From positions 1-30,658 of IMG/VR virus record IMGVR_UViG_3300009069_000041: DNA of 30,658 bases. The stretch is one strand, 5' to 3'. This DNA comes from a virus. Taxonomy: Duplodnaviria; Caudoviricetes. This document shows, in pieces, positions 25,015 to 30,658 of the stretch (its first letter is position 1; every line of letters starts with the position of its first letter). The translations under genes were made by a program, and so were the position numbers. The notes below the pieces were generated by a model. That model searched no databases. It worked only from the letters and a program-made list of their open reading frames with translations, and had not been told where the DNA came from.

Positions 25015-25685
25015 TCTCCGAGAAGCTGCGCGAGCGCCTCGAGGCCAAGGGCGTGCGCATGCACGCCAACGACCATATCGGGGACCACCTGACGAAATAC
25101 GAGCTGATCGCGCTTCAAGAGGAAGTCGAGCAGCGCGTCGCTGCGCTGCTCGACAGCCTCCTGATCGACCGCGCGTCAGATCATAACAGCAAGGACACGC
25201 ATCGCCGCGTCGCCAAGATGTTCATGCAGGAGGTCTTTGCCGGGCGCTACGCCGACAAGCCGGCAGTGACCGAGTTTCCGAACGTCAGCCAGCTCGACCA
25301 GCTCTACGTGGTTGGCCCGATCAGCGTTCGTTCGGCCTGCTCGCACCACCTTGTGCCGATCCTTGGCAGCGCATGGGTCGGCGTGATCCCCGGCGAGAAC
25401 GTCATCGGGCTCTCGAAATTCGGGCGGATCGCCGAATGGATCATGGCGCGGCCGCAAATTCAGGAAGAAGCGACGGTCATGCTCGCTGACGAGATCGAGG
25501 CCCTGTGCAAGCCGCTTGGCCTTGGCGTTGTCGTCAAGGCCGCGCATATGTGCTGCTCCTGGCGGGGGCTGAAAGACAATTCGGAGATGACGACGAGCGT
25601 GATGCGAGGCGTCCTTCGCGATGACCCGGCTGCCCGGAGCGAGTTTCTCACGTTCATCGGGGGGCATCGCTTCACATGCCGGTAA
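25011..25685 (+). CDS. folE: GTP cyclohydrolase I (224 aa)
   Basis: SACSHHLVP, GLSKFGRI, RPQIQE, HMCCSWRG; ATGA overlap. Confidence 0.95.
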   Translation: MISEKLRERLEAKGVRMHANDHIGDHLTKYELIALQEEVEQRVAALLDSLLIDRASDHNSKDTHRRVAKMFMQEVFAGRYADKPAVTEFPNVSQLDQLYVVGPISVRSACSHHLVPILGSAWVGVIPGENVIGLSKFGRIAEWIMARPQIQEEATVMLADEIEALCKPLGLGVVVKAAHMCCSWRGLKDNSEMTTSVMRGVLRDDPAARSEFLTFIGGHRFTCR

Positions 25686-26137
25686 AATATCGCTCAACCA
25701 AGACGTATGGCCACGAAGTCGGCCTGTCCTGCGCGTTTCGCCAGCACCGCGCCGACAGTCACTGCCGGTTTCTGCACGGCTACGCGCTCTCGATCCGCCT
25801 CGAGTTCGAGGCGCAGGCCCTCGACGCCCGCAATTGGGTTGTCGATTTCGGCTCATTGAAGTCGTTCAAGCAGGAGCTGGTCGACACGTTCGACCACAAG
25901 ACGCTGGTCGCCGCCGATGATCCGTCGCTGGCCGTGTTCAAGCAGATGGAGCGCGTCGGCATTTGCGAGCTGGTCGTCGTCGAAAAGACGGGCTGCGAGG
26001 CTTTTGCCGAGCTGATCTTCGAGTGCGCCGAGATCTGGCTGAAAGATGCCGGCTACGCGCCCCGCGTTCGCGTCAGAGAGGTCGAAGTGCGCGAGCATGG
26101 CGCAAATTCGGCCATTTTCTCGAAAGGGGCCGCGTGA
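25676..26137 (+). CDS. queD: 6-carboxy-5,6,7,8-tetrahydropterin synthase
   Basis: SHCRFLHGY, WVVDFG, FDHK, EVREH. Confidence 0.93.
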   Translation: MPVKYRSTKTYGHEVGLSCAFRQHRADSHCRFLHGYALSIRLEFEAQALDARNWVVDFGSLKSFKQELVDTFDHKTLVAADDPSLAVFKQMERVGICELVVVEKTGCEAFAELIFECAEIWLKDAGYAPRVRVREVEVREHGANSAIFSKGAA

Positions 26138-26802
26138 TGCTCGCTGTCAACGAGATTTTCCCGACAATTCAGGGCGAAGCCGTCTATACCGGCACGCCAT
26201 CGACCTTTGTGCGGCTGCAAGGCTGCGGCGTCGGCTGCCCGTGGTGCGATACCAAGTTCACCTGGGCGATTGACGCGGCGGATGAGGCTTCCGTCGAGCA
26301 CGTGCTCGCAAAGACCGAGAGCGCCACGCCCCAGCACGCCCGCATGACCGACGATCAGCTGCTCGCGATCGTCTCTGACATGCTCCCGCGCCATGTCGTC
26401 TTCACCGGTGGCGAGCCCGCGCTGTACGATCTGACGAAAGTGACGCGCCAGCTGGCCGAGTTCGGCTTCTCGACGCAGATCGAAACGAGCGGGACGCAGC
26501 TGATCAAGGTCGATCAGTCGACGCATGTGACCCTGTCTCCGAAGATCGGCATGCCCGGTGGCTTCAAGGTGCTCGACAGCGCGATCTTCCGCGCCGACGA
26601 GATCAAGATGCCGGTCGGCAAGCTGGATGACATTCACAAGCTCGACATCCTGCTGGCCAAGGCTGACGAGATCGATCACCCGACGATCTGGCTCCAGCCG
26701 CTTTCGCAGAGCGACAAGGCCACCAAGCTGTGCATCGACGTGGCAACGGAGCGCGGCTGGAAGGTGTCGCTGCAGACGCATAAATACGCCGGCGTGCGCT
26801 GA
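26137..26802 (+). CDS. queE: 7-carboxy-7-deazaguanine synthase (radical SAM, 221 aa)
   Basis: NEIFPTIQGE, CGVGCPWCDT (CxxxCxxC), FTGGEP, IETSG, SLQTHK. Confidence 0.95.
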   Translation: MLAVNEIFPTIQGEAVYTGTPSTFVRLQGCGVGCPWCDTKFTWAIDAADEASVEHVLAKTESATPQHARMTDDQLLAIVSDMLPRHVVFTGGEPALYDLTKVTRQLAEFGFSTQIETSGTQLIKVDQSTHVTLSPKIGMPGGFKVLDSAIFRADEIKMPVGKLDDIHKLDILLAKADEIDHPTIWLQPLSQSDKATKLCIDVATERGWKVSLQTHKYAGVR

Positions 26803-27329
26803 TGGCGAAGGAGCCGACCGCCACGCCGCAGCCGCGCGGCGACGGGATGGTTCCAACCACCCAGGTCGCCGCCGTGCTGATGATCACGAAGCAGCGGCTC
26901 GGGCAGCTGCAATCGATGGGGTATATCCCGCGCTCGCAGGTCAGGGGGCATGTCTCCCTCGTGGGCGCGGTTCAAGGCTACATCAAGTTCCTCAAGGACG
27001 AGGAGCGCAAGGCGTCGAAGGTCGCGTCGGAGAGCCGCGTGCGCGATGCGCGCGCACGCGAGCTCGAATTGCGCATCTCGGAGCGCGAGGGACGCCTGAT
27101 CGACATCAACGATGTCGTCGCATTCGAGACGGACGTGCTTGGTCAGCTGCGGGCAAACCTGTCCTCGCTGGCCGCGCGCGTCACGCGCGATCTCGACCTG
27201 CGCGAGAAAATCGACAGAGAGCTGAATGACATCCTTGCTACCTGCCAGCGTCGCTTCCAAGAGGCGGAGCGAACTGTATGGTCTGGCAGCGAAGCTGATA
27301 ACGCCGATCAAGGCGCAGACGCCGGATGA
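26802..27329 (+). CDS. terS: Terminase small subunit (Nu1-like)
   Basis: N-terminal HTH (TTQVAAVLMITKQRLGQL), coiled coil RARELELRISEREGRLI; overlaps terL. Confidence 0.85.
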   Translation: MAKEPTATPQPRGDGMVPTTQVAAVLMITKQRLGQLQSMGYIPRSQVRGHVSLVGAVQGYIKFLKDEERKASKVASESRVRDARARELELRISEREGRLIDINDVVAFETDVLGQLRANLSSLAARVTRDLDLREKIDRELNDILATCQRRFQEAERTVWSGSEADNADQGADAG

Positions 27330-30291
27330 ATGGGGCGCGCAGCACCGCATCTACCCGCCAAGCTCCGGTGTCCCGGGGCCGCGTGATCCGTACCTGACGC
27401 CATATGTCGTTGATGTCGAGCGCGCCGTTGTCAGCGGGCGCTTCCAGCGCGTCGTTTTCGTCTCTGCGGCACAGGGCGGCAAGACCGATCTGGTGCTCGA
27501 TGTCATAGGTCACAAGCTCGACACGCGGCCCGTGCCGATCCTGTATGTCGGCCCGTCGAAAGAGTTTCTGACCGACCAGTTCGAGCCCCGCCTGATGAGC
27601 CTGTTCGATGAGGCGGCGACGCTGTCTCACAAGGTCGTGCGTGGCCGCGCCATGAAGAAGACGCTCAAGCGCGTCTCGGGCGTCCCGGTGCGCCTTGCGC
27701 ATGCCGGGTCATCGACTGCGCTGAAATCCGACCCTGCCGCGTTCGCTGCGGTCGATGAGTACGACGAGATGATGGCCAACATCCGGGGCCAGGGCGATCC
27801 GCTCGGTCTGGTGGAGGCGCGCGGCGTCACCTACGCCGATTTCTGCGCCTTGATCACCTCGACGCCATCGCGGGGCGCAAAGGAGACCGAGGCGTGCGAC
27901 TTGACCGGGCTGGAGTTCTGGAAAGTGCTTGATCCAGACGAAATCGACAGCCCGATCTGGAAGCTGTGGCAGGAAGGCACGCGCTATCATTGGGCATGGC
28001 CGTGCAAACACTGCGATGAGTATTTCATCCCCCGGTTCTCGCTGCTGACGTGGCCAAAGGATGCGACGCCAAGTCAGGCGCGGCGCGAGACCAGCATGTG
28101 CTGCCCGCATTGTGGCGGCGTCCACGACGACGCCGACAAGGCGGACATGAACGCCAAGGGCGTCTATGTCGCGCCGGGCATGTCGATCGACAGCAATGGC
28201 GTCGTTAGCGGCGACCCGCCCGAGACATCGACGGCCTCGTTCTGGGCGTCAGGGCTGGCCTCGCCCTTCGTGTCATGGGGCGAGCGCGTCGAGCGCTACC
28301 TGAAGGCGCTGGCCAGCGGCGAGAGCGACAAGGTTCAGACCGCCGTCAATGCTGGCTTCGGAGAGACATTCATCCCGGCTGGCGGCGACGTGCCGAGCTG
28401 GGAGCAGGTGTTGCAGCTGCGCACGCCGCTGCCGCGCAGGACTGTGCCGCTCGAGGCCGTGTTCCTGACCGCTGGCGTCGACGTGCAGGGCAACGGGCTC
28501 TACTACACCGTCCGGGGCTGGGGCTCACGCGCGCAGTCCTGGCTGATCGATCACGGCATCATGTGGGGCGACACCAGCATGCCGGAGGTGTGGGCCGATC
28601 TCGGGGAATACCTGACGCAGCCCATCGACGGGATGTATGTCAAGGTCGCCTACATCGACAGTGGCTTCCGCCCGGGCAAGAAGTTCATCGTGCCCGAGAA
28701 CCGCGTCTATGAGTTCTGCCGGCAGTACCGCCGTTTCGTCTTCCCGGCCAAGGGCCGCGCGACGATTTCGAACGACCTGTGGATCCGGGTTTCGCGCATC
28801 GAGGTCAACACGCAGGGCAAGGCCGCGAGCTACGGGCTCGATCTGGTGCTGATCAACACCGACAAGGCCAAGAGCTTCGTGCACGAGCGGCTGCGCTACC
28901 CGATCGACGCGAAGGGCGCTTTCCTGCTCCACGAGGAAGCTGACGAGGACTACTGCAAGCAGATCGTCGCGGAGGCGCGCGTCAAGAAGCCGAATGGCGG
29001 TTTCGATTGGGTGCCCGTCAGCCGCGAGAACCACTTCCTCGATTGCTTCGACCCGCAAACCGAACTGCTGACCGATCAGGGCTGGATGGCAGTCGAGGAT
29101 GCGGTGTCCTATGGCGGCGCTTTTGCGACCGTGAACCTCAACACTGACGAGATCGAGTACCAAAAAGCGACAAGCAGCGTCAGGCGCAGACACGTTGGCG
29201 CGATGGTGCGCCTCAAGGGGCGCGCCATCGACGCGCTCGTGACACCAAATCATCGTATGGTCACGGTGCGCAGCAACCCCGTTGACGAGACGGCCAGGAT
29301 CACACTCGCCAAAGACCTGACAATCTGGCACCGGATCAAGATGACCGCGACGTGGCGCGGAAGCGATCCGGCGTGGGTTCACCTGCCTGCCGTGGACATC
29401 GAAATCCCACGGCGCGGGGGCATTCACGAGCCGGCACGCAAGCTGGCAACGAGCGACGTCTGCGAGCTTCTCGGCTGGTATGTCTCCGAGGGTCACAAGC
29501 GCGCCATTGGCCGCTCCCGCGCAGTCGTCATCAGCCAGAACCCAGGTTCAAAACAGGAGCGCATTTGCGCCTTGATCGATCGCTGCGGGTTTCGATGGCG
29601 TATCACAAACGGTCGGCAAATCGTCGTCACCTCGCGCCAGCTCTACGATCTCGTCAGCGAGTGCGAAATGCCTGGCGACGGTCGCGGCTGCTATCGCAAG
29701 CGCGTTCCAGATTGGGTGAAGGGCTTGGCGGCACCGTTGATCGAGCGCTTCATTGAGGCGGCCATCCTTGGCGATGGGTGGGTGCAGAACCGGTTCCGCA
29801 CGTTTGCGACCACCAGCCGGGTGCTTGCCAACGATATGCAAGAGCTGATGCTGAAAATTGGGAAAACAGCGAGCCTGCGCACCAGAACTGTGCCCGCATG
29901 CCGTATTCGCGGCAGCGAGCATCAGACAGCGGTGCAGTATCATGTCTCCGAGCGCCTGACGCGCGCCGCGCTCCTGCGCCGGGCGGATAACGCGCCCATT
30001 TTCGAGACCGTCGACTACAATGGCATGGTTTATTGCGTGACCGTTCCGAACGGCACGCTCATCGCGCGTCGAAACGGCCTGCCAATGATCGTCGGGAACT
30101 GCGAGGCGCAGGCCGCAGCCGCCGCCTATCATGCAGGCGTCTTTCGCCTGCCTGATGGCGCGCGGCGTGATCCGCCAGCCCCGGAGCCGGATTTGCCGTC
30201 GCCCGCGCCCGAGCCGAACAAGCCGCCGCCGCGGCGTGACAACCCGCGCAAGAGCCGGTTTGCCGACATCGCCGCCCGTCTGAACGAGTGA
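27226..30291 (+). CDS. terL: Terminase large subunit, lambda GpA family, intein-containing (1021 aa precursor, about 669 aa spliced)
   Basis: AAQGGKT Walker A, AVDEYD Walker B, STPS, CKHC/CPHC, LTAGVDVQ, IDSG, ENHFLD/C. Confidence 0.95.
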   Translation: MTSLLPASVASKRRSELYGLAAKLITPIKAQTPDEWGAQHRIYPPSSGVPGPRDPYLTPYVVDVERAVVSGRFQRVVFVSAAQGGKTDLVLDVIGHKLDTRPVPILYVGPSKEFLTDQFEPRLMSLFDEAATLSHKVVRGRAMKKTLKRVSGVPVRLAHAGSSTALKSDPAAFAAVDEYDEMMANIRGQGDPLGLVEARGVTYADFCALITSTPSRGAKETEACDLTGLEFWKVLDPDEIDSPIWKLWQEGTRYHWAWPCKHCDEYFIPRFSLLTWPKDATPSQARRETSMCCPHCGGVHDDADKADMNAKGVYVAPGMSIDSNGVVSGDPPETSTASFWASGLASPFVSWGERVERYLKALASGESDKVQTAVNAGFGETFIPAGGDVPSWEQVLQLRTPLPRRTVPLEAVFLTAGVDVQGNGLYYTVRGWGSRAQSWLIDHGIMWGDTSMPEVWADLGEYLTQPIDGMYVKVAYIDSGFRPGKKFIVPENRVYEFCRQYRRFVFPAKGRATISNDLWIRVSRIEVNTQGKAASYGLDLVLINTDKAKSFVHERLRYPIDAKGAFLLHEEADEDYCKQIVAEARVKKPNGGFDWVPVSRENHFLDCFDPQTELLTDQGWMAVEDAVSYGGAFATVNLNTDEIEYQKATSSVRRRHVGAMVRLKGRAIDALVTPNHRMVTVRSNPVDETARITLAKDLTIWHRIKMTATWRGSDPAWVHLPAVDIEIPRRGGIHEPARKLATSDVCELLGWYVSEGHKRAIGRSRAVVISQNPGSKQERICALIDRCGFRWRITNGRQIVVTSRQLYDLVSECEMPGDGRGCYRKRVPDWVKGLAAPLIERFIEAAILGDGWVQNRFRTFATTSRVLANDMQELMLKIGKTASLRTRTVPACRIRGSEHQTAVQYHVSERLTRAALLRRADNAPIFETVDYNGMVYCVTVPNGTLIARRNGLPMIVGNCEAQAAAAAYHAGVFRLPDGARRDPPAPEPDLPSPAPEPNKPPPRRDNPRKSRFADIAARLNE
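29044..30099 (+). mobile_element. Intein (352 aa) with LAGLIDADG homing endonuclease
   Basis: Block A CFDPQTELLT, block B VTPNHR, LLGWYVSEG and FIEAAILGDG, block F VYCVTVPNG, terminal GN followed by +1 Cys; removal restores NHFLD-CEA. Confidence 0.95.
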
Positions 30292-30304
30292 CAAGGACGA
30301 TCAT

Positions 30305-30658
30305 ATGCTGAAAAGGATCGCTTCTGCGTTCGGGATCGGGCGCAGCACGCCGAAATCGGCCTACATGCGCGGTGGCGCGTCCCCGTTCTTCTGGAACTGG
30401 GCCCCGGCGCTGCGCGACCCGCGCACGGAGGTCTCGTCCTCGTGGCAGAAGGCTGCTGCGCGCGCCGTTGACAGCCTGCACAATTCAGGCTGGCTCGCTG
30501 GCGGCGTCGAACAGGCGGTCGCCTCGACGGTGGGAACTGGCTTGCGGCTCAACGCAATGCCTGACGCTGCGATCCTCGGCTGGACGGCTGATGAAGCCGC
30601 GAATTGGGCCCGGGACGTCGAGCACCGCTGGGAAATGTGGGCGCGCCGCCCGAACGAG
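30305..30658 (+). CDS. Lambda-family portal protein, 5' part (truncated by the window edge)
   Basis: Open frame MLKRIASAFG...AAARAVDSLHNSGWLAGGV...VGTGLRL; AAGGA RBS; follows terL. Confidence 0.88.
   Translation, partial: MLKRIASAFGIGRSTPKSAYMRGGASPFFWNWAPALRDPRTEVSSSWQKAAARAVDSLHNSGWLAGGVEQAVASTVGTGLRLNAMPDAAILGWTADEAANWARDVEHRWEMWARRPNE

Larger units (their letters stand above)
1..30658. mobile_element. Temperate tailed (pro)phage segment, integrase through portal; continues beyond the right edge
   Basis: Integrase/xis, CI-like repressor, recombination, replication, terminase and portal genes in lambdoid order. Confidence 0.95.

Noticed and set aside
23779-26802. Ordinary host queuosine-tRNA operon
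   Set aside because: No queF, queA or canonical tgt; QueC is Gat-fused; the genes are coupled to terminase inside a phage
23899-30294. Long minus-strand ORFs (23899..24996, 28525..29496, 29548..30294)
   Set aside because: Antisense to queC and terL; no recognisable domains

Overview
This window is the left ~30.7 kb of a GC-rich temperate (pro)phage. The GcrA, GapR-like, DUF6362-like and DUF932 genes point to an alphaproteobacterial host, probably Hyphomicrobiales (inference). Gene order: tyrosine integrase and excisionase; a leftward early operon (coiled-coil protein, XRE regulator, large ParB, putative annealase plus RecE-like exonuclease, DUF932); a CI-like repressor whose autocleavage motifs look degenerate; a rightward operon (GapR-like, RuvC-like, wHTH, degenerate-TOPRIM/AAA helicase, DUF6362-like, GcrA); a second leftward block of small hypothetical genes; a gpZ-like tail gene; an acidic wHTH protein with an FtsZ-tail-like peptide; and a 1.3-kb repeat- and hairpin-rich gap. 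A tightly coupled late operon follows: ParB-N, TGT/DpdA-like, Gat-QueC, FolE, QueD, QueE, terminase small subunit, GpA-type terminase large subunit with a 352-aa LAGLIDADG intein, and a truncated lambda-type portal gene. The main finding is a complete 7-deazaguanine modification module (predicted product deoxyarchaeosine, dG+) coupled to the DNA-packaging genes. All family assignments come from motif recognition by eye; no searches were run.
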